From NCBI GenBank assembly GCA_041659325.1, contig JBAZYN010000004.1, positions 583 to 64,582 of the forward strand: DNA of 64,000 bases, in the 5' to 3' direction. Origin of the DNA: Candidatus Shapirobacteria bacterium. GTDB lineage: Bacteria; Patescibacteriota; Microgenomatia; UBA12405. The position numbers and the translations under genes were made by a program. The notes under the pieces were generated by a model. It did not search any database and was not told where the DNA came from. It was given only the letters and a program-made list of their open reading frames with translations. Shown piece by piece: positions 37,033-48,600 of this stretch; position 1 is the first letter of the stretch; each line of letters opens with the position of its first letter.

Positions 37033-38071
37033 ATTAAAGTGGCTAATATTTTCCTTTCTTATTCTGCCCGCCAGTACCAATTACAAACTGGAGGGTTTTA
37101 GTCTTGGAAACGCCGGGGGAGAAGTAATAGGTTCATCAAGTTATGAAATGGTCGGAAGTGTGGGTGAACTTTCAAGTAACAGCTTGTCGGGGGAAAGTTA
37201 TGATTTGGGGGTGGGGCTGGCCTGGGTTCGGCAATCAAACGTCCCTCCTGCCCCGGCAATCACCAATCCCGATAATTATTACAACAAGCTTCATCTGGTA
37301 ATAAACCGGGGTGATAACCCTGCCGATACAAAATATGCAATCGCTATCAGTAGCGATGACTTTACCACTACCCAATATGTTAAAAACGATCACACAATCG
37401 GAGCCACTTTGGTTTTAACGGATTATCAGACATATACGGAATGGGGTGCCGCAACCGGTATCGATATTATTGGATTAACCCCCTCAACCACCTATTCAGT
37501 AAAAGTAAAAGCTATGCAGGGCAAGTTTACTGAAACTGATTTTGGGCCGTTGGCATCTGTGGCAACCGTAGACCTCGAGCTTACTTTCGATATTGACGTC
37601 TCGGCATCCGACACTGAAACGGCCTCACCCTACATCATTTCTTTGGGGGATTTAACCCCGGGAAGTGTTAAAAGTAGTACCGAAAAAATTTGGGTTGATA
37701 TAGGGACAAATGCTACAAATGGAGCAAGTGTTTTTGTTTATGGTCAAAATGGTGGGCTGTACAGTTTGTCAGCCGGGTCAACTATTGCCGCCATTAGCGG
37801 AAATTTGTCGGAACTTCCCAAAGGCTTTGGCTCCCAAGGGGTAGGGGCCACTCAAAATAGCGGCGGACCGATAAATATTTCCTCTCCTTACAATGTAAAC
37901 AATGATGTGGTTGGAATTACCGATACAACTATACGACCGATTTTTTTATCTGAAAACCCGGTTAATGCGGGAAGGGCTAGATTTTTGGTTAAGGCCAAAG
38001 TGGATATAACTACCCCGGCCGCCGATGACTACAGCGAAACTTTAACTGTAATCGCCGCGGCAAATTACTAG
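37004..38071 (+). CDS. Secreted surface-associated protein (paralogous C-terminal motif shared with the 38138 protein)
   Basis: N-terminal hydrophobic signal. The C-terminus ...AADDYSETLTVIAAANY matches ...AASDYSDTLTVVGAGTF. Confidence 0.5.
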   Translation: MAIKWWQNLKLKWLIFSFLILPASTNYKLEGFSLGNAGGEVIGSSSYEMVGSVGELSSNSLSGESYDLGVGLAWVRQSNVPPAPAITNPDNYYNKLHLVINRGDNPADTKYAIAISSDDFTTTQYVKNDHTIGATLVLTDYQTYTEWGAATGIDIIGLTPSTTYSVKVKAMQGKFTETDFGPLASVATVDLELTFDIDVSASDTETASPYIISLGDLTPGSVKSSTEKIWVDIGTNATNGASVFVYGQNGGLYSLSAGSTIAAISGNLSELPKGFGSQGVGATQNSGGPINISSPYNVNNDVVGITDTTIRPIFLSENPVNAGRARFLVKAKVDITTPAADDYSETLTVIAAANY

Positions 38072-38137
38072 CAACTATCGCTTGACAAGATAGTCTAAAT
38101 AGCTCATATTTATACTTAGAAACGAGTTTATCAAACA

Positions 38138-39157
38138 ATGAAAAAAATAAAAGGCATTTTTTCTAGATGGAGTATCAGCTTAATTACCGCGATAACAATC
38201 TTCCTTGCTTTCGCCGCCACCGAGGTTAACGCAGCAAGTTTTTCCCACGCCTCCCTTCGCTACGACCGGATTAAAGCCGAGACCCTTTCCAGCCTTCAGG
38301 TGGTAATTGTTCCCGCGACAGTTGCAACCGAAGACAGAGTGGTCATAACCTTTGGCTCTGCCACCGTCGGTACCACCAACGCCACTTCGGTCACCAATAT
38401 ACCTACTGGCTCTGTAGCTCTTCCCGGCACTCTTTCTGCCGTAAGTGCCGGTACCACTATCGTTATTACTGGCGTTACCGATCTCACAGTCGGTACCACC
38501 TATGCTTTTAACCTGACAATCGGTGTCTCCACCCCGGCCGCAGGAACTGCAAACGATATTATTTCTACCCGAAGTGATGCTACTACCGTAATAGATCAAA
38601 CCACTGTCGCTTCAAGATATATCACCAACGATCAGATAGTTATCAACGCCGTCGTTCCCCCCTCTTTTAATTTTGTCTTAAGTGCCGGCAACACCGATAC
38701 TTTTACTGCTAATTTAAGTGGCACCACAGAAGTATCTACTTATGGTAATACGGTAACGGTTACAACAAATGCTCCAAGGGGATGGATCGCCTGGGTAAAA
38801 AGCGCCAATCAGGGTTTAGTTTCCCTGTCCACCGGTATCACTATTGCCACTACTGGAACCGTAAATGGTAGCCCCGACACGCTGACTGCCGGTGCTAATG
38901 GCTATGTCCTGGACGCCGATTTAACTAGCGATAATGGTACGGGTACAGGCACCGTAACTATCGCTCCCGAATACAACGGCGCTTCCGCCAAGGCCGGAGG
39001 AACTTTATCCGCTATTTTTCAGCCCTTTGCTTCATGTAACGGAACCACCGCCGGTGACGTTATCACCCTGATAGAAAGAGCCACGGTAACCACTATTTTA
39101 GCCGCTGCTTCGGATTATTCTGATACTCTAACGGTTGTTGGTGCGGGGACTTTTTAG
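38138..39157 (+). CDS. Secreted Thr/Gly/Ala-rich surface protein (N-domain shared with the 34255 protein, C-motif shared with the 37004 protein)
   Basis: Signal peptide ending ATEVNA. An SLRYDRIKAETLS...ATEDRVVITFG N-domain. A conserved C-terminal DYSDTLTV motif. Confidence 0.55.
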   Translation: MKKIKGIFSRWSISLITAITIFLAFAATEVNAASFSHASLRYDRIKAETLSSLQVVIVPATVATEDRVVITFGSATVGTTNATSVTNIPTGSVALPGTLSAVSAGTTIVITGVTDLTVGTTYAFNLTIGVSTPAAGTANDIISTRSDATTVIDQTTVASRYITNDQIVINAVVPPSFNFVLSAGNTDTFTANLSGTTEVSTYGNTVTVTTNAPRGWIAWVKSANQGLVSLSTGITIATTGTVNGSPDTLTAGANGYVLDADLTSDNGTGTGTVTIAPEYNGASAKAGGTLSAIFQPFASCNGTTAGDVITLIERATVTTILAAASDYSDTLTVVGAGTF

Positions 39158-39185
39158 ATAAATCTCCGGGGATTAATATATAATC

Positions 39186-40256
39186 TTGGTATCAATGATC
39201 AGCCACCGTTTCTTGGCAAAATTTTTTTTTGGTCTCATATTAGCCCCCTTGTTATTTTCCGGTCCAAAAGTCATTTGGGCCCAAACTACTGCCACCAACA
39301 GCGAACTGAATTTAATCACCTCGCCCCTGCCGATAAATTTGGTAACCGAGCCCGGGGCTACGGTTTCTGCTGATCTGAAAATTCAAAATGGTGGAATTGT
39401 CACCGAACAGCTAAAAGTTGAAGTCCTAAAATTCAACGCCTACGGAGATGACGGATACCCAAGGCTGATAGATCGTCAACCCGGTGACTCATTTCTGGAT
39501 TGGGTATCATTTTCGGAAAATTCTTTTGAACTTGCTCCCAAACAGTGGAAAACCATCACGGCCACTTTTTCCATCCCCCCCGATGCTGCTTTTGGCTATT
39601 ACTATGCTATAACTTTTTCCCGAGCCGAAAACATCAAGGCCGATGGTGGGGGACAAACTTCCATTACCGGCGCTACTGCTACCCTCATTCTTTTAGAGGT
39701 TCGGGTCCCAAATGCCAAAAGAGAGGTCGAAGTCATGGAGTTGTCCACCGATAAGAAAATTTATGAATTTTTACCGGCCAACTTTCAGATAAAACTGAAA
39801 AATAAAGGTAACGTTCATCTTTCTCCCCGCGGAAATATTTTTATCGACCGAGGCAACCAGCGTGATGTTGCCATTTTGGAAATAAATCCCGAAAAAGGTA
39901 GTCTTTTACCCGATTCAAACCGCGTTTTCAGCACTAAATGGGCTGATGGTTTTCCTCTTTACCGGGAAAAAGTTAAGGACGGAAAAGTAGTCTTAAACAA
40001 AAAAAATGAAAGCGAGAAAGTACTCGAGTGGGATTTTAGCCAAACTCACAAATTACGTTGGGGAAAATTTTCAGCCAAAATGCTTATTGTTTACGACAAC
40101 GGAGAAAGGGACATCCCCATCGAAGGTATTGTCAGTTTTTGGGTAATTCCCTGGCGGCTTGTCAGCGCCGCCGGAGCCATAATTCTTTTAACCATCGTCG
40201 GTTTATGGTCAACTTTGGGAAAAATACTCATGAAGTTAATCAACAGAAAAAAATGA
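39186..40256 (+). CDS. C-terminally TM-anchored cell-surface protein, paralog A (DUF916/DUF3324-like architecture)
   Basis: Signal peptide, the motif KNKGNVHLSPRGNIFID, a C-terminal TM (AGAIILLTIVGLW) and a basic tail. There is an ATGA overlap with the next gene. Confidence 0.55.
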   Translation: MVSMISHRFLAKFFFGLILAPLLFSGPKVIWAQTTATNSELNLITSPLPINLVTEPGATVSADLKIQNGGIVTEQLKVEVLKFNAYGDDGYPRLIDRQPGDSFLDWVSFSENSFELAPKQWKTITATFSIPPDAAFGYYYAITFSRAENIKADGGGQTSITGATATLILLEVRVPNAKREVEVMELSTDKKIYEFLPANFQIKLKNKGNVHLSPRGNIFIDRGNQRDVAILEINPEKGSLLPDSNRVFSTKWADGFPLYREKVKDGKVVLNKKNESEKVLEWDFSQTHKLRWGKFSAKMLIVYDNGERDIPIEGIVSFWVIPWRLVSAAGAIILLTIVGLWSTLGKILMKLINRKK

Positions 40257-41194
40257 TCAGCGGCCAAAAATGTTTTGGTTTAATATTTTTTTTAGGCCTA
40301 ATTGTTTCGCTCCTTCCGATCCGAGTTTCAGGTCAGCAGAAAAAAATCCAAACCGGTATAAGTATTGCTCCGCCGTTTACGGAATTAGTTTTTGACAAGC
40401 TTGACAAAGAAAAAAACTTTATCTTAACTATCACCAACCATGGCCACAAATCCGAAGTGTTCAGGCTGTCGGTAGTCGACTTAGGCGGGCTTGAAGAATC
40501 AGCCGGAGTTCCGTTTTTGGGGACAAAAAACTCAGAATTAGAAAAAAAATATTCCTTAAGTTCGTGGATAATTTTGGGTAAAGACGCTCTGGTAGTCGAT
40601 CCCCAAAAAAAAGTTGACATAAAAATCACCATCCAAAACAAAGAATCCTTGTCCCCGGGAGGTCATTACGGCGCCGTAATTGTTAAACTGGATAATTCCG
40701 ACAAATCCGGTACCGATGTCGTGGAGGTGAATCAAAATTTTGCCTCTCTTATCTTTGTCAAAAAAATCGGTGGCGAGATATATGACTTAAAGCTTAACCA
40801 AACAACAATCCAAAATTCTTATCTAAAGATACCGGACACAATAGAGCTCAGATTTCAAAATTCCGGCAATATCCATGTCGTCCCCCGCGGTACGCTGGAA
40901 TTAAAAGATCCCTCCGGCCGTTTGATCGCAAAAGGGGTTATAAACAAGGCCTCTTCCATTATCCTGCCCGAGTCCTTCCGAACTTATCAAAACAGAATCA
41001 ATCAGTTAAAACCGGCCTGGTTACCGGGAAAATACCACCTTACGGTCAATTATCGATTTGATGGGTCAGACCAAATATCATCTCTGACAAAAGATTACCT
41101 ATACCTAGGTTGGCTGCCGTATGCCGTCTTCGGCGTCACTATCGTCACTTGGTTTTGGTTTTTAAGGTCCAAAAAATCTAAAAAACAAGAATAA
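40253..41194 (+). CDS. C-terminally TM-anchored cell-surface protein, paralog B
   Basis: Signal peptide MISGQKCFGLIFFLGLIVSLLP, the motif QNSGNIHVVPRGTLELKD, a C-terminal TM and the tail RSKKSKKQE. The ORF-track start at 40058 is inside the upstream gene. Confidence 0.55.
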   Translation: MISGQKCFGLIFFLGLIVSLLPIRVSGQQKKIQTGISIAPPFTELVFDKLDKEKNFILTITNHGHKSEVFRLSVVDLGGLEESAGVPFLGTKNSELEKKYSLSSWIILGKDALVVDPQKKVDIKITIQNKESLSPGGHYGAVIVKLDNSDKSGTDVVEVNQNFASLIFVKKIGGEIYDLKLNQTTIQNSYLKIPDTIELRFQNSGNIHVVPRGTLELKDPSGRLIAKGVINKASSIILPESFRTYQNRINQLKPAWLPGKYHLTVNYRFDGSDQISSLTKDYLYLGWLPYAVFGVTIVTWFWFLRSKKSKKQE

Positions 41195-41312
41195 AAAAAT
41201 CGCTAACTATCGCCATATTTATAATATTTGAATTTGATATCTAAAGATATCTTTTAAATAGACATCGTTTTCACTATAGTACACAGTAAGGGCTGTTATA
41301 TCGGGCCTAGTC

Positions 41313-42626
41313 TTGACGTATATGGGAAAGTTTATTATAAAAATCTGGTCAATCTTCTGTTTAATAATTTTTTGGGTATATTTCTGTCTCTCACCTGTTT
41401 CCGCGGCAATTTACGAAAGGGTGAATTTTCAGGGTAAAGTAGTCAATAAATCCGTCGGCGAAACAGACGGCACCAATGTCCCCGACGGCGATTACGATTT
41501 TGTTTTCACCATTTACCCGGCCCTTAGCACCGGCTCTTCTCTTTGGACCGAGACCTGGGATAGTGGTACAGCTCAGGTAGCAGTTACTAGCGGAGTATTT
41601 AACGTTAATTTAGGCACCCAACTGACCTTTCCCGCCAATCTTTTTGAAAGTGATAGTTTATTTTTGGCCATAAATTTTAACGCCGATGGCGACATGACTC
41701 CCAGGATTCGGCTCACTTCTGTTCCCTATGCTTTTAGTGCCGGCAAAGTTGCCGGCTTAACCATAGATAGCATTGGAGTTACCCTTGACCAAAGTTTAGC
41801 TACTACCAATTCACCCACTTTTTCGGGTCTAAATATTGGCACCTCTCTGTCGGTTGCGGCCAATGTAAACGTCGGCGGCACCTTAATTTTTTCCGCTACC
41901 GGCGTAAATATCGACGCCGTCACCGCCCAAGGGTTAATTTTTCAGGGGAGGAATTCTTCCTCTTTTAACACCACTAGCGGTGACATTACTCTCAATCCTG
42001 CCGGTTCAGTCATAATCGGTACCGGCACCAGTACTTTTACCTTCAACCCTCTTTCCGGTCCGCTCTATTCAGGCTCGGCCCGACCTTCAAAAACAATCAG
42101 AATTTCACCGGAATACCCCGGAGCTTCAATGACTGCCGATGGCTCCACCGATATTGGTGGTACCATGACTTCCGACAACACCCTAAACGCCGGTGGCATC
42201 GGCTGGAAAAATTATTATCAGTGGTCATCCGGCAATGCTGCCTTACAGGACTATTCGGTTTTGGCCCGAGTTGCCCTTCCCTCTGATTTTGATACCTGGG
42301 AAACCGGCTCTTGTCCGGGAGCTGCCTGTGCTTTTGAAATAGAATTCCAAACCGGGGTCGGCACCACCGACGATAATTATATTTCTGTCGCCGTCAACAA
42401 TAACTCCGACACTCCCGGCACCGCCGTCTGTTCAATTGGCTCAACCGCCGCTACCGCCTGGACCTTAACTGGTTGCCCTGAAGCCACCTTAAATGATGGG
42501 TCTTCTTCAGAGTGGGATGCGGCCGGAGAAGCGGCCGTTGTTCGTATCAAATTGGCGGCAAAAAGTACCGAAAATGCCTTATCTCGGGTAGGGGACATCA
42601 TTTTAAGGTACAAGGCAAAATTCTAA
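41313..42626 (+). CDS. Secreted hypothetical surface protein
   Basis: N-terminal signal and a beta-rich Thr/Gly/Ser composition. A TAATG stop/start overlap with the giant gene. Confidence 0.5.
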   Translation: MTYMGKFIIKIWSIFCLIIFWVYFCLSPVSAAIYERVNFQGKVVNKSVGETDGTNVPDGDYDFVFTIYPALSTGSSLWTETWDSGTAQVAVTSGVFNVNLGTQLTFPANLFESDSLFLAINFNADGDMTPRIRLTSVPYAFSAGKVAGLTIDSIGVTLDQSLATTNSPTFSGLNIGTSLSVAANVNVGGTLIFSATGVNIDAVTAQGLIFQGRNSSSFNTTSGDITLNPAGSVIIGTGTSTFTFNPLSGPLYSGSARPSKTIRISPEYPGASMTADGSTDIGGTMTSDNTLNAGGIGWKNYYQWSSGNAALQDYSVLARVALPSDFDTWETGSCPGAACAFEIEFQTGVGTTDDNYISVAVNNNSDTPGTAVCSIGSTAATAWTLTGCPEATLNDGSSSEWDAAGEAAVVRIKLAAKSTENALSRVGDIILRYKAKF

Positions 42627-45600
42627 TGAAAATTTTTTCGCCCCTCCCTAAGTTAAAAAAAACCCTCTCGCTATTTCTCTTGACCGGCCTGGTATTTTTT
42701 TCCTTTTTATCTACCCCCACCCTTTTGGCCCAGGATGCGGCTCCTGCTATATCCGTAGACCCCGCTGTATCAATCTCTCCACCTTCCCCAGAGTCCTATT
42801 CTGATTCACCCGAAGCCAACAACTCAGCCAGACTTCGTCCTAGCTTTAAACTGGAAACTTACGACACCAATCCGGTTTTCAGTAAATCAAAACCTGAGTT
42901 TAAACTAGTCTCCGGCACCAAATTTAAACCAAGAATCAAGGTGTACAATAATTCAAAACAGGAAATCGATATTGAGCTCGTTGAAAAAGTCGACAAGGGC
43001 GATGTTGTTTATAGCTTCAATCAAGCCACAGAAATTCCCCCCGGTAAATATACAATCACATTTCAAGATGATCTCGGCGGCGAAATATCGAAAGATTTTT
43101 ACTGGGGAGTTTTGGCCATCAATTTCAACAAATCCGTTTATAACCCGCTGGAAAACGGTTACATTTCTCTTGCCGTTTTAGACGAAACCGGCGACATGGT
43201 CTGTGATGCCAAGTTAGCCCTGATTGTCGAAGAACCAGATGGTTCAGTCGAAGAGTTAACCACCGATGATGGCCGCATCAAGGTCAACCCCGAATGTCAG
43301 GTTCATGGCTTTACGGAAAAGCCGGATTATGAAACCGAATATGCTTTTAGTGAAAATCCGGGCACATACAAATTTCACCTTGTCGCCGAAACCAAAAATG
43401 GTTCTTATAGTATTACCGATCAGGTTCAGGTAGCCGAAAACTTACCTATCGAAGTCGACCGGGTTATGGCTACCCGCATTTATCCCCCCCACCCTTATAC
43501 TGCCACTATTAATCTAAAGGCAAATGAAGATTTTATCGGAATAGTCACGGAAACCGTCCCCTCAAGTTTCATTATCACCAAAGCCGCCAATACCGAAATT
43601 TTACCCTACAAAACCATAGTTGAAGACAAAAACTCAAAGACAAAAAAAATTACCTGGAATTTAGACCTAAAACCAGGCGAAGATGTCACTATCGGTTATC
43701 GATACGATATCCCCGATATCTCGCCCGAATTTTATCTGGTTGGGCCGATAAAGTTTACCGATTATAGCGGTACTGTTGATTTTTTTACCGAAACCCGTCA
43801 ATGGCAATTGGCGGCCGATGCCGTAGCTCCTGTAAAAATCCGGCAAGAAATTAATATTATTAACGGTTTAGTTACTGCCGCTGGGGTTGATGCCGCCATA
43901 GTAAATCTGGATACCGCCAAATATAACAGTGCCACTTATTATTTTGAAGTAATTGCCAAGGTCAGTGCCGGCACCTTAACCGTCAACCTCAGTACCGGAA
44001 ACACCAATACCGTTGGTATCGGTATCAGTGATACTAGCTTTGTCAGAGTTCGGTCGGCTTTTACCCCCGAAAGCGGTTCTTTTGACTACCGACTTAATTT
44101 AGTAAACGGGACCTCGCCACAGGTGAAAGCCGCCAGAATCATTATTTTACAAAGCGCCACTACTATTACTGCCACTCAAACCCAGATTGAAATCGGCAAT
44201 TTGGAAATCGGTTTATCCATGGCGACGACGGCTCCCCTTACCAGCCCAAAATATTGGAAATATGATTCAGCTTTGTGGGATGGGACAAAAACATTTGATA
44301 TCAGCGTTTCATATAAAGCCGGCGTGGGGGTCACGGCCGGTTCCCAAACTTTTACAGTAGCAGGTATCAATACTTTTACCCCACCTGGTGGCATAACCTC
44401 AGTCAAGGTCGAATGTTGGGGCGGCGGCGGCGCCGGTGGAAGTTCCAACACCACCACCGACGGTTGCGGTGGCGGTGGCGGTGGTGCCTATTCCAATAAA
44501 TTAAATGTGGGTGTCACAGCTGGAATTGGCTATACCGCTTTTGTCGGAGTCGGCGGTACCTATAGATCTCAAGCCAAAGGAGGCGATGGCGCCGCCAGCT
44601 ATTTTCGAAATAGCGTCGGCGTGACTGTTGTCTCGGCCGCCGGAGGAATCGGCGGCACTTCTCAAGCCAGTAGCAATCCGGGAGCCGGTGGAGCTGGCGG
44701 TAACTCCACCGTTGGTGTTGGAGATACCAAATGGAGCGGAGGAACAGGTGGTAGAGGCTATAATGCTTCGGCAGGGCAGGGAGGTCCGGGTGGTAGCTCA
44801 GCCGGAATTGGAACCACGGGCCGGTCTGGTCCGGATCCCTGGTCAACCAGAGTTGCCAGTGCCGGCCCTACTGGTAGTGGTATCGGCGGTAGTGGTGGCC
44901 CGGCTGGTAACAGCGGTGCAGCCCCGGCCAGTGGAAATGGCGGCGGCGGCGGCGGCTCCGGCGATGTGGCAACCAGTGTCGGTGGAAACGGCGCCGGTGG
45001 GAAAGTAGTAGTTACTTGGGCCGCAATAGATAACGCAGTTTCAATTTATCTTCAGGAAGACAACGGTTCTTTTGCCGGCTGGACAAATGTCGTCACTGTT
45101 TTAAGCGGTGGTACCGCCACCGTCCCGACTTCGGTGGGCATTACAAACTTTACCCCTACCACCGGTAGAAATTATCGACTCGTTGCCAATACTGGTCTCA
45201 GTCCTTTTGATATTTATAATGCCAAAATTATTGTTAATCAAACCAGTGCTACTACTATTGACAAGCTAGTTCCCCAATATTTGTTGCTAAATACAAAATC
45301 AACCACCACCGGCAGTGCTTTAGGTTATCAAAGTTTATGGACCACCGACGAATGGGGCCGGACTACCAATACCTATCTGCATGCCTTTGACTCCATCGGT
45401 GGCGGCACCACCGCCACTGTTAAGCTCGTTGATATTGATGCCGGAAATGCTGAATTAACCAATTCCGCCATTGGCGGGACAAATCAAGTAATTAGTAATG
45501 GCATAACAATGCCCACTTCCGGTCATCAAATAGATACCTGGCTGACCGCCGCCGGAACCGAAGTCGACGCTTCGAGAATTTTGGTTCAAGTTGACGTAAC

Positions 45601-48600
45601 GGCAGTTCAAAATCCGACCGTTGTTCTCAACAGTCTCGACAATGGCGCCACCACTACTGATACCACCCCGACTTTGGATTTTACCGGCACTAGTGCCTAC
45701 GGAGATAGTGTCAGATATAACATTCAGATAGCCACCAACGACCTATTTTCTTCTAGCATAATCACTCAAACCTCGGTTCTGTCTCAAGGCACCGAGACGG
45801 ACGCCAGTTCGTACGATACCGCCAGTATTTCCCCCGGTGCTAATAAATTAGTCCTTCTAGCCGTGGCCTCCCGGGTGGCTGGCGGCGGAAACAATACCCC
45901 TACCGCCAGTGGTGTTGGCATGAGCTGGGATTTAGTCACCACAGTTCAGGAACCCGGCAGCTGGAATAGGATTAGTCTTCTTCGAGCCATGAGTCCGTCG
46001 CCTTCTTCCGGGGCTATCACCATTTCTTTTGGTGGTCAAACTCAAACAGCTGTAAACTGGCAAATTTCCGAGTTTTCAAATGTTGATACTTCGGGGACAA
46101 ACGGTGCTAGCGCCATCGGTCAGTCACAAACCAACACCGGTGCTTCCGTTACTAGTCTCACCGTTACCTTGGGTGCTTTTCAAAGTACCAATAACGCCAC
46201 CTATGGGGCTATGATCTCTGAGGTCGCCTCTCCCATCAACCAGGGTACTGGATTTACTGAAGTTTATGATTTAAGTGTTACCGATAGCGCTCTGGAAACA
46301 GAGTGGAAAGATAGCAACGATACTTCGGTGGATTGGTCTTTTACTCAGGGCAGGGTCGGCGGAATTGCCGTCGAAATAAAAGCGGCTCCATCTGCCCTCG
46401 ATAAAGTTTCCGGTACCGATGTCGGTTTTTCCGGATCTCCGGATAATACAGATCCTTTTACATCCGCCCAAGCCGTAAATTATACCGTTGAGGAGGGAGA
46501 TAGCTTGGCGGTAGGCACTTATTACTGGCGAGTCAGAGGTATAGATCCAGATGGGAGCAATGCTTACGGCTCGTGGAGTGATACCCGTAATTTTGTGGTA
46601 AGCATGGCTGCCAATGTGACTATTTCGGGAAATATCTATACCACCGAAACCGCCACTGCCTACAACTGTTCATCCACCAACCTAACAGTTCGGGCCATAG
46701 TCGAGGGAGCCGGAGTCGGTACTACCGGTATTTGTACCTCCGGTGGTGGGGCATTTCTTATCCAAAATATCACCGTTGGTGATACCGGTCATGTAATTAC
46801 CTTATATTTAGACGGAGAATCAGAGAAAGCCACCTCCATTACCAAAGTTGCCAGCACCTCTATAGGATTTACCCTTCCCCTTTATCAAAACCGGGTATAT
46901 CTTAGTCACCAAAATGACGGGCCGATTACCAATGCAGATATCGATAAATATGATAGCGCCAACGATGCCGATATCCAATATACCTCAAACGGTGTCGGTC
47001 TCACCGTTACCCCGGGCTCCAAAATTGTTATCGCCCTTGGAAAAACCTATACTCCCGGCGGAAGTATTGACACCCCCTCAATCGGCATCGGTGGAACTTT
47101 CAACCCGGAGTCGAACACTGTTAATCTAACTGGAAGCGGCAGCAGCATCACCTGTACCGATGCCCCGGGGACAGTCATGCCTCTATGTAATAGTGGTACT
47201 TTTAACCAGTCAACCTCAACCATCAATTACAACGGGACTTCCGCTTCTGCCATCGCCGCTCTTACCTTCAATAATCTGGGTGTGGGTATTTCCTCCGAGG
47301 CGGGAGTCGGCACTACCTATACCTTTACCGGTAACGTCACAGTCGGCGGTATCTTCTCTATCGGAAATATCTTGTCATCAAATATCGATGTTGTAAATGC
47401 TTCCTCCCACACTCTTACTCTAACTCAGGCAGATACTCCGCTAAATGCTACTCCCAAGGGTGCTCTTGCTCCGGGAAGCTCGACTGTCGTTTACACTGCC
47501 TCCGCAGATACCAGCGTTGCGACTGTTGACTATTACAACCTTTCTCTGGCCCCTGCCTCAGGCACACCCACTTATACTCTTTTAAACGTTTGGGAATATA
47601 GAAGACCAATAGCAATTACCAATGCCTCGGGCGGGGACCTAACCGACTTTCAGGTTTCCTTTACTTTGGACACCACCGACAGTACTAGATTTCAGCCGGA
47701 TTGTGATGATATAAGAATCACCGACTCAAGTGGTATTACCATTCTTCCTCATTGGATCGAAGAAAACAATCCCGGTTGTGGCAATGCCTCTACCAAAATT
47801 TGGACCAAAGTTCCCTCTATTCCCACTGCCGGCACAACCATCTATGTTTATTACGGCAATCCCATTGCTTCATCATCGCAAAACGGTACGAGTGTTTTTG
47901 AGTTTTTCGACGATTTTAGTGGCGATAGCCTAGACACACAAAAATGGACAAAAGTTAATGGCTCAACTCCGGTTCTTGCCTCCGGCACCTTGGCCATTAC
48001 CGCCACCGCCGACCCGGGTAAATTAATTGCCTCTGCCGGCCCCAATGGCGACAACTACATTTTAAAAGCCAGATTTATGGTTACCGGCGGCTCTGCCGAC
48101 GATGAAAGGTTGGGTCTAAGCGTAAAAACCAATACCTCAAGCGGAGCTGGCTACAATCTGGTTTTTAGGGGCTTTACCAACCTGTCAACGGTTCAGTTTT
48201 TACATGACGCAGTTGAGTGGGGCAGCGCAGACACTGTCAATTGGGCCAAAGACACATATTATACCGAAGAAATTTATCATGACGGAACAAATGTCAAAGG
48301 TCGTTTTAACGACGGTTCCTGGTACAGTTGGCCCAGAAGCGGAATATCCGGCTATTTGGCGATAAATTTTGCTAGTTTTAACGGTACAACTAGTATCTGG
48401 GATTATGCTGTTATTAGGAAAGCGGCTTCAACTGAACCCTCCTCCTCCGTCCAGGCAGAACAGGGTGTAACCAACACTGATATATTAACCGTCCACAATG
48501 ATTTTTCTACTTCAGGCGCCGGTACCGTAACTGTCAATGTAGAGACAAACAACAGTGCCACCCTGGATATTAATGGGGATTTTACTCTGGCTTCCGGCGA

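Noticed and set aside
42512-42626. ORF-track starts that overlap upstream genes (42512 for the giant gene, 40058 for paralog B, 26125 for the HIT gene, 57242, 32205, 19015, 10272, 9402).
   Set aside because: Internal ATG codons give proper signal peptides or N-termini and remove the overlaps. Several of the long starts are TTG/GTG codons inside the preceding gene.
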